A model generated the notes under the pieces. It had not been told where the DNA came from. It worked only from the letters and a program-made list of their open reading frames with translations, and searched no databases. From the NCBI GenBank assembly GCA_963703175.1, contig OY969794.1:1974069-2038068 (forward strand): 64,000 nucleotides of DNA, in the 5' to 3' direction. A program made the position numbers and the translations under genes. Below are positions 36,829-46,092 of this stretch, piece by piece (positions within the stretch are counted from its first letter, which is position 1; each line of letters opens with the position of its first letter). The DNA is from an uncultured Solirubrobacterales bacterium. GTDB taxonomy: Bacteria; Actinomycetota; Thermoleophilia; Solirubrobacterales; 70-9.

Positions 36829-37338
36829 CTAGGGGCAGACCACGAGCAGGTGAAAGTCGGCGTCTTCTGGATCGCCTTTTGCGTCGCGGGTGCGAACTTC
36901 GATCGCGTTGGCGTTTGCCGGCGAGGTATTGGTTTGGGCGAAACCCGCCCCCGGGGGCGTCGTGCCCGCGTTGTTGCGGCTCGCCACGTTGGCGCAGCCA
37001 CTGATGTTGATCGGGAATGCGACCGTGACCGCGCCGCCGCCCTCGGTTGCCGAGATTCCTTCATCGCTTGCCCGGGCCAGCGCCGCGTTCCCGGGACTCG
37101 ACGGATTGTTGACCACTGCCCAGTAGGTGTGGCTCGCCCGCCTCGCCGACGGCACCGTGCCGAGCTTGTTGGTGTTGATCTGGAAGCCGGTAAGCGTCTT
37201 CTGCTTCAGCTTGCCGCCGCCGATCGTCTGCTTCTTGATCGCCCCGCCGTTGATGTTTTGCGCGGCGTAGGCGCTACCTGCCAGAGCGACGACCAAGGCG
37301 ATGATCGCTACCACCATCGATGGGGAAGGGCGCCTCAT
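36829..37338 (-). CDS. Secreted/anchored hypothetical protein
   Basis: N-terminal signal/anchor MRRPSPSMVVAIIALVVALAGSAYAA. No domain recognised. Confidence 0.55.
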   Translation of the reverse strand: MRRPSPSMVVAIIALVVALAGSAYAAQNINGGAIKKQTIGGGKLKQKTLTGFQINTNKLGTVPSARRASHTYWAVVNNPSSPGNAALARASDEGISATEGGGAVTVAFPINISGCANVASRNNAGTTPPGAGFAQTNTSPANANAIEVRTRDAKGDPEDADFHLLVVCP

Positions 37339-37378
37339 GCTCCGACCCTACCCCATTTGCGGATGGTTAATCGCCTTT

Positions 37379-38629
37379 TTAATCGCTGCCGAAGAGGGCC
37401 AGCCGGACGAGGTGGACGAGGCGGCCCGCTGCGGCCGTGATGCGGCGGCGCACCCCCAGGAGTCCCTTGCTCGGAGCGAAGAAGAAGGGATGGGCGAGGG
37501 TTGGCTGGTTGTTGGCGTCGACCACGCCTACCCAGACGTCGTAGTGCTTGTCGGGGTCGAGCACGATCCGCGTCTGCAGGCTGCCGAGCACGACTTCGGC
37601 AAGGGTGAAGTAGAAGGTCTGAGGTGAGACCTTGGCCTCGTCCTCGGAATTGACGGTGGCGATCAGCCGCTTCGGCAGGCCCGGCATCGGTGAGAAATCG
37701 AACTCGAGCAAGAGGCGGTTTCGCCGTCGCCGCGCCCATAGGCGCGGCTCGTCGGGTTGCGGCTTCTCACCGACGATTACCGGATCTCTACTCAGAAGTT
37801 TGTCCGGTTCGTCCCACTGCTCGTGCCGGCAAGGCGCGTGCGGCCCATCTCCACCGGCTCGCGAACCGCCCCACTGGCCGGGCCACCAAAGCCACGGGTG
37901 GGTGCTTTCGCTGACGACTTCCAGGCGCACCTCCTTTTTCGGATGCCGCTTGCCGTCGGTGAGGTCGTAGAAGTCGGTCGGGTGATAGCCGGGCTCGAAG
38001 TAGGAGGCGTGTGAGCCTCGACCGAGGTAGACGAGTGGCCTGTCCCGGTCCTCGGGGGTGGGGTTCTCCTTCTCTTCGGCAAGTCGTTTCACCTCGGGCC
38101 AGGAGCGCACCTCGCAGAAGGTGTGCTGGGCGTAGACCGCCATCTGAGGCTCGGTCTCGTCGTGATCGAGCTTGAGCTGGATCATCTCCCAGTCGCCTTC
38201 ATGTAGGCCGCCGGGGGCCAGTCGATAGTCGTTGAAGAAAAAGAAGAACCAGTACTGAAGCCAAGTTCCGTGTGCGTCGCGCACGATTCGGCCGTAGATC
38301 ACGTTGCGCAGGTCCTGATGCTTGCTTCGTAGCGCCTGGTACTGCTCGCTGAAATCGTCGCCCGCCGCCTCGATTACGTCGGTGCTCCGCACGGCCTCGC
38401 CATTGGGGTATTTCTCCGCCAGCAGGAAGTCGAGTGACAGGCCATTCCCAGCTTCGGCGAGCACGGCGCCGTCGGCTCTTCGCAGCCTGTTGCCCGGGTT
38501 GACAACCCACTCCTCGGCCGAGTCGGCGAAGTAGGACTCCAGGGAGTCGTAGCGGAGGCAGGGCTGGAATCGCTTCAGCAGCTCCGCGTCCCCGGGCTGA
38601 AGGTCGGCGCTCATCCAGTCATTAGACAC
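37379..38629 (-). CDS. Vps62/DUF946-like domain protein of unknown function
   Basis: WLQYWFFFFFND...GGLHEGDWEMIQLKL...VYAQH...YLGRGSHASYF matches the HxGDWE...GSHA pattern I associate with PF06101. No signal peptide. GTG 38629 or ATG 38614 may be the start. Confidence 0.55.
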   Translation of the reverse strand: MSNDWMSADLQPGDAELLKRFQPCLRYDSLESYFADSAEEWVVNPGNRLRRADGAVLAEAGNGLSLDFLLAEKYPNGEAVRSTDVIEAAGDDFSEQYQALRSKHQDLRNVIYGRIVRDAHGTWLQYWFFFFFNDYRLAPGGLHEGDWEMIQLKLDHDETEPQMAVYAQHTFCEVRSWPEVKRLAEEKENPTPEDRDRPLVYLGRGSHASYFEPGYHPTDFYDLTDGKRHPKKEVRLEVVSESTHPWLWWPGQWGGSRAGGDGPHAPCRHEQWDEPDKLLSRDPVIVGEKPQPDEPRLWARRRRNRLLLEFDFSPMPGLPKRLIATVNSEDEAKVSPQTFYFTLAEVVLGSLQTRIVLDPDKHYDVWVGVVDANNQPTLAHPFFFAPSKGLLGVRRRITAAAGRLVHLVRLALFGSD

Positions 38630-38707
38630 GATTCCTTACTCATTCGGCAAGCACCTAACTATTTGTTTATATTCGGCGCCACACCGTAGAAGGCGAGGAG
38701 ATGTCTG

Positions 38708-40309
38708 GTGCAGGGCCGCAGTGACAGTCGCAAGTCGGAGCCGATCCCCAGCGAGGTGAAGGTCACCGACAGCGCTCGCGAACCGATCACCGATCCGACC
38801 CTGGGCAAAGATGTGAAGCCCAGCGGTGGCGGCAAGCCACGCAACCGGCTGGTCGTAATCGGTGACTCGCTTTCCCACGGCTTCCAGAGCGGCGCGATTT
38901 TCCACACCGACATCTCCTACCCCGCGATCATCGCCTGGGAGCTGGGCTGCTATGACGAGTTTCGCTTTCCTACCTATCCCGCCTTCGGCGGGATCCCGCT
39001 CAACATCGAGTTGATCGTCACCGAACTGGAGCAGCACTTCGGCGCGCAGGTCTCCTGGTGGGAGCTGCCGCAGGCGATCTATCGGGTGCGCCAGCATCTG
39101 GCCGAAGCCGAGGCCTGGTGGGACGACGGCCCCGGGGCGAAAGTGCCGCCTTCCCGGGGGATCAACCACAACCTCGGGATATACGGCTGGGATCTGCGCG
39201 ATGCACTCAGCCGCACCGCCGACACCGCGGCTGCGGCCTGGCGCGTGCCCGACGGTTGGAAGCCGGTGCCGTTGATCCGCAACGCCGACTCGATCGCAGC
39301 GATGCGGGTGCTGGATTCTGCTCGGGACAAGTCGGGGGCCGGGCTGACGCCGTTCAAAGCCGCAGCTGCTTTGGGTGAAGAGGGAACCGAGGAAGATGGA
39401 AGCGGCGACGGGATCGAGACCCTGATCGTCTTCCTCGGCGCCAACAACGCGCTCGGCAGCGTGATCAGCCTCGCTGTGCACTGGAGCGGCGACGGTTACC
39501 AAGACCTCAAAGCAAAGGCGGCCTTCAACGTCTGGCGTCCCAGTCATTTCGAGGCGGAGTTGCAGCTCGTCGCCGACGAGGTGCGGGCGATCCGAGCGCG
39601 CCACGTGATCTTCGCGACGGTTCCGCACGTGACGATCGCCCCGCTCGCCCGCGGCGTTGGCGGCAAGGTCAGCCCCGGGTCGCGCTACTTCCGCTACTAC
39701 ACGCGGCCTTGGATCTCCGATCGCGACTTCGATCCCGAAGAGGACCATCCCTACCTCACCGACGAAGACGCTAGGGCCGTGGACAGCGCCATCGATCAGT
39801 ACAACGAGGCGATCGCCGAGACCGTGGCCCGCGGTCGCGACGAGGGGCGCGACTGGCGCCTGCTCGACGTCTGCGGGATTCTCGACCGGCTGGCATCGCG
39901 ACGCTACGTCGAAGATCCGCAGATGACGCCGCCCCCGTGGTGGACTCCTTACGACCTGCCCCCTGAGCTGGCTGCGTTGAACCCGCCCCCCGACACCCGG
40001 TTCTTCGCTTCAGGCGCCGGTGGGCGCAGCGCCGGCGGCCTGATCGCGCTCGACGGCATTCACCCGACGACGATCTCCTACGGCGTCCTCGCCTCCGAGT
40101 TCATCAAGGTGATGGTCGACGCAGGGGTCGTCTTCAACGACGCATCCGGAGCTCCCCGCTCGACCGTGGAGGTCGATTTCAAACGGCTACTGGCGCGCGA
40201 CGCGCTGATCTCCAAACCGCCGGCATCGCTCAGTCCCGACGTCGCGCTGATCGGCTGGCTCGACCAGCGGATCGACGTGATCAGCCGGCTGTGGACCGGC
40301 CTGGGGTAG
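38708..40309 (+). CDS. SGNH/GDSL-family hydrolase (lipase/esterase-like), long form
   Basis: Block I LVVIGDSLSHGFQSG and block V LDGIHPT. 533 aa with large insertions. The antisense 370-aa ORF was rejected. Confidence 0.7.
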   Translation: MQGRSDSRKSEPIPSEVKVTDSAREPITDPTLGKDVKPSGGGKPRNRLVVIGDSLSHGFQSGAIFHTDISYPAIIAWELGCYDEFRFPTYPAFGGIPLNIELIVTELEQHFGAQVSWWELPQAIYRVRQHLAEAEAWWDDGPGAKVPPSRGINHNLGIYGWDLRDALSRTADTAAAAWRVPDGWKPVPLIRNADSIAAMRVLDSARDKSGAGLTPFKAAAALGEEGTEEDGSGDGIETLIVFLGANNALGSVISLAVHWSGDGYQDLKAKAAFNVWRPSHFEAELQLVADEVRAIRARHVIFATVPHVTIAPLARGVGGKVSPGSRYFRYYTRPWISDRDFDPEEDHPYLTDEDARAVDSAIDQYNEAIAETVARGRDEGRDWRLLDVCGILDRLASRRYVEDPQMTPPPWWTPYDLPPELAALNPPPDTRFFASGAGGRSAGGLIALDGIHPTTISYGVLASEFIKVMVDAGVVFNDASGAPRSTVEVDFKRLLARDALISKPPASLSPDVALIGWLDQRIDVISRLWTGLG

Positions 40310-40318
40310 CGGAGCGAC

Positions 40319-40981
40319 TCAGTTCAGCAGCGCGGCGACGAAGCGCTCGAAGGCGCCGATGTCGGTTACCGCCGGACCGTGACCGGGGAGGATCTGGGTG
40401 GGGTTCAGGTCAGCCAGCTTGTGGATCGAGCGGCGGTTCTCGGTCGGGTCCGGAGTCAGGTCCGCCGGCGGCTCGTCGAGCCGGGCGCGGAGGGTGAGAT
40501 AGGAGATGTTACGGATCACGTCGCCGCAGATCGCAACGCGGTCGGACTCGCGGAAGAAGATCACCTCTCCAGGCGCGTGCCCCGGCGCGTGGATGACACG
40601 GAAGCCGGCTATCTCGTCGCCCTCTCGTAGCACCCTGTCGACCTTGCGCGGAGGACCCGCCCATAACCGCGCGTAGAACTTCGCTATCGGATGCGAGGTC
40701 GCGGCCACCGGCCTTCTTCCTTCCATCGTGTCGACGTCGTCCTCGTGGCAGGCAAGCGGAATGCCGCGCTCTTCGCAGATCGACTTCGCCGATCCCTGGT
40801 GATCGGGATGGACATGGGTCAGCGCCAGCAGGGAGAGGCCGAGGCCGGCGGTCTGCTTGCGGATCCGACCCGCATCCCAGCTGCGGCCGGCATCGATCAG
40901 CACGTCCCCTGCGAGGTAGACGTTGATCAGCGGCCTGGGGGCTTCGTCCAGGCGCCAAACACCCGGCGCCATCTGCTTCAT
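40319..40981 (-). CDS. MBL-fold metallo-hydrolase
   Basis: THVHPDHQG metal motif, HAPGHAPG, and 220 aa in length. Confidence 0.85.
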   Translation of the reverse strand: MKQMAPGVWRLDEAPRPLINVYLAGDVLIDAGRSWDAGRIRKQTAGLGLSLLALTHVHPDHQGSAKSICEERGIPLACHEDDVDTMEGRRPVAATSHPIAKFYARLWAGPPRKVDRVLREGDEIAGFRVIHAPGHAPGEVIFFRESDRVAICGDVIRNISYLTLRARLDEPPADLTPDPTENRRSIHKLADLNPTQILPGHGPAVTDIGAFERFVAALLN

Positions 40982-41229
40982 TAGTGGCCGATGCCCATCG
41001 TTCCGCGGGGGTCGCCGCTGTGCTCGGCCAGATCCTCCAGCTCGGCGATCTTGCGTTCGCCTTCGGCCCGGGCCGGGTGGCCGGCCGGCAGCGGCTCGAT
41101 CAGGCGGCGGATGCGGTTGCGCACCTGCAGTGCGAAGTGCGGGGTGGAGGCGCCGGCCAGGGCGCGAACGTCCTCGGCCGTTACGGTATGCGCGGCGGTG
41201 AGCAGGTCGGGATTCTCCGCCTCGCTCAT
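40981..41229 (-). CDS. Small conserved hypothetical protein (82 aa)
   Basis: MSEAENPDLLTAAHTVTAEDVRALAG... Its start overlaps the stop of the upstream gene (ATGA) and its stop overlaps the MBL start (TAATG), which implies coupling. Confidence 0.5.
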   Translation of the reverse strand: MSEAENPDLLTAAHTVTAEDVRALAGASTPHFALQVRNRIRRLIEPLPAGHPARAEGERKIAELEDLAEHSGDPRGTMGIGH

Positions 41230-42500
41230 TCTTCGCCGCCGATCTTGGCCAGCGCCGCCAACTCGTCGATTTCGGCCTGCTCGTTCACGTCGATGGCCTC
41301 CTGGTCTCCGATCACCCAAACGTGGTTGTAGAAGGCGCGCGTCGGATCGGTCGTGTAGCCCGGCTTGACGTCGAGCAGATATCCGCGCAGCGCAGCCGGA
41401 AGGGTATCGGCACCGTCAGTGAGCAACAGCGGCCCCCAAGTCCCCGAAGCCGAGAGGGGCGCCGCCGCTGCGGCTTCGAGCGGCTGCTCGGAGGTGGCGA
41501 CGATGAAGCCGTGACCCGGGTCGTTGATGTTCCAGCCAAAGTTGCCGTCGGCGTAACGGGCCAGCGCGATCGCGTTGGAGACCGGGTCCTCGCCGGAGAC
41601 GCGCCGCACTCGATCGGCGATCTTGCCGATTTCGCGTACCACCCCAGAGGAGATCGCCGAGGATGGGCCGAGCACGTAGACCGGCGTATTCGGGTGCGCT
41701 TTCAGTTCGGCGTCGGTCTGCTGGGTGAGCTTGTCGCGTCCGGTGAAGAGCACCGGGTCGCCCGAGCGCGCCGCCCAGGCGGCGGCGGGCATGGCGAAAG
41801 CCGGCTCGGCTGCGGAGGCGACGACGATGTGTTTCGGCGGCGAGCCGACCAGCTTTTCGCGCAGCGCCGCGATTGCCGCCGCGCCGCGAGCTCCACCGGC
41901 CCGGACTTGCTTTGCCCTTCTGTCGTCGGGGGCGTCGGCCGCGCCGATCGCAAAGATCTGAGCTCCGCCCGTCGCGCGGCTGCCTTGCGGGTCCAGCGCG
42001 GAGAGTGCTTCCACGGTCGCGTCGGGCATCCCATCGGCTTCGGAGACGAGGATCGGCGCTTCCACCGGTGCCGCCATCAGCACCGAAGCGGCGATTGCGG
42101 TGCGCCAGTCATCTGCGTCGACAAGGGTGACCGCGGCAGGTCGCTGCGCCGGCTCGGCCGAGGGGAAGGCGGCGAGGGCGACGCCGGCGGCGTTGGCGGC
42201 CGGATCGCTGCCTCCAACCCGGGTCGTGTTTGCGGTGGCGAAGGCGGGATAGCCGAGCTCCTCGGGCGTCTGGGAGGTGGTTTCAGCTGAAGAGGAGGGG
42301 GGTTCGCCGACCGGCGCGGGACTTTCGGAGGCATGCTCGCCGCCGCCACCGCCGACGATCGCAGCGACGATGAAGACGATCGCGAGGATGAACAGCCCGG
42401 CGATCGCCCTCAGCGCCCCCGGAATCGGCTTGCGTCGCGGCGTCGGCGCTTGGGGAGCAGCTGGCGCTCCGGGTACATCGGCGTTGATCGGCCGCGTCAT
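41226..42500 (-). CDS. Membrane-anchored cell-wall-binding repeat 2 (CWB2)-like protein
   Basis: N-terminal TM anchor and a Pro/Ser linker, then three repeats of the RVGGSD...A / APILV...T pattern typical of CWB2 (PF04122-like). Confidence 0.65.
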   Translation of the reverse strand: MTRPINADVPGAPAAPQAPTPRRKPIPGALRAIAGLFILAIVFIVAAIVGGGGGEHASESPAPVGEPPSSSAETTSQTPEELGYPAFATANTTRVGGSDPAANAAGVALAAFPSAEPAQRPAAVTLVDADDWRTAIAASVLMAAPVEAPILVSEADGMPDATVEALSALDPQGSRATGGAQIFAIGAADAPDDRRAKQVRAGGARGAAAIAALREKLVGSPPKHIVVASAAEPAFAMPAAAWAARSGDPVLFTGRDKLTQQTDAELKAHPNTPVYVLGPSSAISSGVVREIGKIADRVRRVSGEDPVSNAIALARYADGNFGWNINDPGHGFIVATSEQPLEAAAAAPLSASGTWGPLLLTDGADTLPAALRGYLLDVKPGYTTDPTRAFYNHVWVIGDQEAIDVNEQAEIDELAALAKIGGEE

Positions 42501-42588
42501 TCACGGCACGCTAATGACGAGGACGCGGAGATGCTCAGCGCCAGGCGCGCCCAAGCTGGCTGGTCGGTCAGCTAAACTTTTCGGTTGG

Positions 42589-42609
42589 TTGACTGACCAG
42601 TCAATCAAC
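42589..42609. promoter_or_regulatory. Operator-like palindrome TTGACTGACCAGTCAATCAAC (second copy of the 30653 site)
   Basis: Lies 36 nt upstream of ACAD ATG 42645. It is identical at 18 of 21 positions to 30653-30673, and TTGACTG/CAGTCAA arms form an internal palindrome. Confidence 0.5.
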
Positions 42610-42644
42610 AACCAAACGAGCGAGCGCTTCGATGAGGGGGACGG

Positions 42645-43913
42645 ATGGATTTCGCACTGAACGAGGAGCAGCAGGACTACAAAGATCGTGCCCGGGCCTT
42701 CGCCCGCGATGTGATCCGTCCCGCGGCGCGCAAGCACGACGAAGAGGAGAGCACCCCCTGGGAGGTAATCAAGGAGGCGCGTAAACAGGGCTTTCAAGGT
42801 CTCGAGGCGATCCAGCGCTCGGCTTCGGATTCCGACGGCCAGATGCAAGTGATCTCGGCCGAAGAGTTCCACTGGGGTTGCGCCGGCATCGCCTTGGCGA
42901 TCTCCGGCTCCGGCCTTGCCGCCGCCGGCATTGCCTCCTCCGGCACCCCCGAGCAGATCGCCCGCTGGGTCCCCGAGTGCTTCGGTGCCGGCGACGAGGT
43001 CAAGCTCGGCGCTTACGCCGTCACCGAGCCCCAGGCCGGCTCCGACGTCAAGAGCCTGAAGACGACCGCCAAGCGCGACGGTGACGAGTGGATCCTCAAC
43101 GGCACCAAGGTCTTCATCACCAACGGCGGCATCGCCGACGTCCACGTCGTCGTCGCCACCGTCGACCCGGCCCTGGGTACCCGCGGCCAAGCCTCTTTCG
43201 TCATCGGCAAAGACACGCCCGGCCTCAGCCAGGGCAAAAAGGAGTCGAAGCTCGGCATCCGCGCCTCCCACACCGCCGAGATAGTCCTCGAGGACTGCCG
43301 TATCCCGGCCGAGAACCTGCTCGGTGGCGAGGAGAAGCTTGAGAAGAAGTTGCAGCGCGGGCGGGAAGGGAGGAAATCGCGCGGCGCTGACGCGCTGGCG
43401 ACCTTCGAGATCACCCGACCGCTGGTCGGCGCCTCGGCTCTGGGGATCGCCCAGGCCGCCTATGAGTCGACCCTTGAGTACCTCGACGGGCGCTCGGAAG
43501 GCGGCGTGCCGCTGCTGCAGACGCAGCGGATCCAGCAGACGCTGGCCGATGTCGCGACCGAGATCGAAGCTGCCCGCCTGCTGGTCCAGCGGGCCGCCTG
43601 GATGGGCCGCAATGGCATTCCGATGCGCGGCGGCCAGGGCTCGATGTCGAAGCTCAAGGCTGGCGACGTGACGATGTGGGCGACGACCACCTTGATGGAC
43701 CTCGTCGGTCCCGACGCTTGGAGCCCGGAGTTGCCGCTGGAGAAGTTCTTCCGCGACGCCAAGATTTACCAGCTGTTCGAGGGCACGGCGGAGATTCAGC
43801 GGATGGTCATCTCGCGCATGCAGGCGCGCGAATATGGCGAGCGCCTCGGTTACGCGGCGGAAGTGGTCGAAGAGGCTGAGAAGGCTGCTGCTAAGGAGCC
43901 GGTAGCTGCATGA
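42645..43913 (+). CDS. Acyl-CoA dehydrogenase
   Basis: ACAD motifs (GAYAVTEPQAGSDVKSLKT, FITNGGIAD, IYQLFEGTAEIQRMVISR), with a charged insertion (EKLEKKLQRGREGRKSRG). Confidence 0.85.
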   Translation: MDFALNEEQQDYKDRARAFARDVIRPAARKHDEEESTPWEVIKEARKQGFQGLEAIQRSASDSDGQMQVISAEEFHWGCAGIALAISGSGLAAAGIASSGTPEQIARWVPECFGAGDEVKLGAYAVTEPQAGSDVKSLKTTAKRDGDEWILNGTKVFITNGGIADVHVVVATVDPALGTRGQASFVIGKDTPGLSQGKKESKLGIRASHTAEIVLEDCRIPAENLLGGEEKLEKKLQRGREGRKSRGADALATFEITRPLVGASALGIAQAAYESTLEYLDGRSEGGVPLLQTQRIQQTLADVATEIEAARLLVQRAAWMGRNGIPMRGGQGSMSKLKAGDVTMWATTTLMDLVGPDAWSPELPLEKFFRDAKIYQLFEGTAEIQRMVISRMQAREYGERLGYAAEVVEEAEKAAAKEPVAA

Positions 43914-43943
43914 GATTCGGTTGCGAAAGCCCCTGAGCTGCAC

Positions 43944-43987
43944 GGCGCTTTGCAGGGATAAAGCGCCTGGTCGGCCGAATTTCGGCC
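43944..43987 (+). terminator. Two tandem hairpins after the ACAD gene (GGCGCTTT-N8-AAAGCGCC, then GGCCGAATTTCGGCC)
   Basis: Seen directly in the sequence. The T-tract that follows is weak. Confidence 0.3.
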
Positions 43988-44006
43988 TTCGCTAGCCTCC
44001 CTCGCC

Positions 44007-45203
44007 ATGCTCAAGACTCGCCTTGCCTCGGCGGCCTTGGTCGTCGCCGTGGCGGCGTTCGTCGTGCTGCTGTGCAGCAGCGTCGCCGCGCCCGCCAAAG
44101 ACCTCGAATCGACGCTCAACTCCAAGGAAGCGAAGCTTTCGAAGGTTCGTGAGCGTAAGGGCGTCCTGACGTCGACGATCGAGCATTACCGCAAGCAGAT
44201 TCAACAGCTGACCGGCGAGGTCGCAGCGCTCCGCGCGCAGGAGTCCGCAGTGCGCGTCCGGCTCGACGCCAAGCAGTCCGAGTTGAACAGCGCCGTGGCC
44301 GAACTGGACGTCGCCAAGAAGCACCTGGCAGTCGTCAAGGCTCACCTCAAACGGGCGCTGGTATCGCTGCGCGCGCGCCTGGTGGCGATGTATGAGACCG
44401 GAACCCCGGACATCCTCAGCGTGCTGGTCGAAGCCGGTGGCTACGACGAATTGGTCAATCGCACCGAGTACCTCAACCGCATCCACGGGCTCGACGAAGC
44501 CGTCGTCACCCGGGTCCGCGACCTGCGCAACCAGGTGAAGAGCACCGTCTCCCGCCTGCGCTCAGCAAAGGACCGGATCGAAGTGGCGCGGGACGCAATC
44601 GCATCCGAAGAGCAGGCTCTGGCCAGCGCACGCTCCGCCGTGCAGCGGCGCCAGGCAAGTCTGGTCGAGGCCCGGCGCAGCCGCGAGGACGCCCTCGCCA
44701 GGGTCACCGAAACCGAACAGGACCTCGATGGCGACGTGGCCTCGATCCAGGCCGAACTTGCGGCAACGCTGGCCAGTACCGGCTCGGCGCCGCTGCCGGC
44801 GGGCCCGATCCAGGGCGGCAACGGCAGCGGCTTGATCTGGCCGGTTGACGGCCCGGTTGTCTCCGGCTTCGGTTCCCGCTTCGGCGGCAGCGAGTTCCAC
44901 GAGGGAATCGACATCGCCGTTCCCAGCGGCACGCCGATCCGCGCCGCCGCTTCGGGAACCGTGATCTTCACCGAGTCGGAGGCGAGCAGCGGTGGCTACG
45001 GCAACTTCACCTGCATCGACCACGGCGGTGGGCTCTCGACTTGCTACGCGCACCAGGAAACCTTCGCCGTCTCGGCCGGCCAGCAGGTCTCCCAGGGCGA
45101 CGTGATCGGCTACAGCGACTGCACCGGCCACTGTTTCGGTCCGCACGTCCACTTCGAGGTGCGGATCAACGGCGCACCGACCGACCCGATGGGCTACCTG
45201 TAG
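44007..45203 (+). CDS. M23-family peptidoglycan metalloendopeptidase with an N-terminal coiled coil (EnvC-like layout)
   Basis: Signal peptide, a long coiled coil, and LytM motifs HEGIDIAVPSGTPIRAAASGTV and GPHVHFEVRING. Confidence 0.85.
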   Translation: MLKTRLASAALVVAVAAFVVLLCSSVAAPAKDLESTLNSKEAKLSKVRERKGVLTSTIEHYRKQIQQLTGEVAALRAQESAVRVRLDAKQSELNSAVAELDVAKKHLAVVKAHLKRALVSLRARLVAMYETGTPDILSVLVEAGGYDELVNRTEYLNRIHGLDEAVVTRVRDLRNQVKSTVSRLRSAKDRIEVARDAIASEEQALASARSAVQRRQASLVEARRSREDALARVTETEQDLDGDVASIQAELAATLASTGSAPLPAGPIQGGNGSGLIWPVDGPVVSGFGSRFGGSEFHEGIDIAVPSGTPIRAAASGTVIFTESEASSGGYGNFTCIDHGGGLSTCYAHQETFAVSAGQQVSQGDVIGYSDCTGHCFGPHVHFEVRINGAPTDPMGYL

Positions 45204-45321
45204 GCGTCCGCGCGCACGGGCCTACCCAAAATCACTCAAAAATTCAATTAATGGGTATATCTGCGCGGTTCGCTCCTGCGACCCTTGGGTAGCAAGCGGT
45301 GGCAAGCGAGACGGAGGCAAG

Positions 45322-46056
45322 GTGGTCCGCCAAGCCCGCAGTTACATGGCAGGTGCGGTATCCGGCACGGCACTGATCGGCATGGCCGTGGTTGCTTTCG
45401 TTCTGCTCGTGTCGCTGCAGTCTTTGCGGGACTGGCCGTTGGCTGGCCTCGGCGGGGGCGATGACTCAAGTAGCGCTAGCGCCGTGGCTCCCGCTCGTCC
45501 TGCGGCGGCCGTCGCCGGTAGTGCCGCTGGTGCGAGCGCGGGGGCGGTCAATGGCGCTCCTGGGAGTGTGGGTGGCGCTGGAGCGAACGCCGGCAGCCGT
45601 CTCGGCCGAAGCGGCCCGGCCTCGAGCTCGCCCACCTCAGGCGCGCCTGTCTCCAGCGCTCCGAGCGCGTCCGTCCCCGGCTCTCCCGCTGGCGGCGGCG
45701 GGGGTGGCGCCAACTCCGCGCCCTCAGGATCGTCGGGTAGCAGCGCGTCCAGTGGCGGCAACCGCTCTGCTGATGGCAGTGGGGGCGCGACCAAATTGCC
45801 CGGTTCTGCTTTGGGCGGTGGGGGCGGTAGCAGCACCTCCTCCCCCTCGGAAACCGTGACCAACACGGTCAACAACACCGTCTCCGGCGTAAACGAAGCC
45901 ACTGGGGGGGCGCTCGGCAATACCGGCGTCACCAAAGTCACCGAAGAAGTCGTCGACAACGTCGCCGGCCCGGAATCGGCCGTCGGCGAAACGGTCGATA
46001 AAACCGTCGAAAAAGTCAAAGAAACGGTCGGCGGCTTGCTCGGTGCGGGCCACTAG
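45322..46056 (+). CDS. Membrane-anchored Gly/Ser/Ala-rich low-complexity protein
   Basis: GGAGG lies 5 nt upstream of GTG 45322. TM helix ALIGMAVVAFVLLVSL, then a G/S/A/P-rich region and a repetitive V/T/N-rich tail. Confidence 0.5.
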   Translation: MVRQARSYMAGAVSGTALIGMAVVAFVLLVSLQSLRDWPLAGLGGGDDSSSASAVAPARPAAAVAGSAAGASAGAVNGAPGSVGGAGANAGSRLGRSGPASSSPTSGAPVSSAPSASVPGSPAGGGGGGANSAPSGSSGSSASSGGNRSADGSGGATKLPGSALGGGGGSSTSSPSETVTNTVNNTVSGVNEATGGALGNTGVTKVTEEVVDNVAGPESAVGETVDKTVEKVKETVGGLLGAGH

Positions 46057-46092
46057 CCGGAGCTAAGCCCTTAACCGTCACAATGCCGTCCC

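Noticed and set aside
42501-43943. A 480-aa minus-strand ORF covering the acyl-CoA dehydrogenase gene. Analogous shadow ORFs occur at 38636-39748, 31923-32957, 33069-33905, 34070-34996, 5639-6631, 7609-8670, 48373-49488, 51242-52147, 24428-25336, 27176-28081, 18649-19518, 13142-13987, 41322-42290, 2502-3631 and 3648-4553.
   Set aside because: In each case the opposite or alternative frame has clear family motifs and a high-GC3 codon pattern. The shadow frames are Arg/Pro/Gly-rich and have no recognisable domains.
43914-44006. A c-di-AMP (ydaO-type) riboswitch in front of the M23 peptidase gene, considered because disA is present in the window.
   Set aside because: The 93-nt spacer is too short and lacks the pseudo-twofold conserved ACGGGG/CCCG-type cores I recall. 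It contains only two simple hairpins.
45480-45900. A repetitive G/S/A-coding stretch, considered as a possible tandem repeat or CRISPR-like array.
   Set aside because: There are no regular repeat-spacer units. It is low-complexity coding sequence within one open frame (45322-46056).
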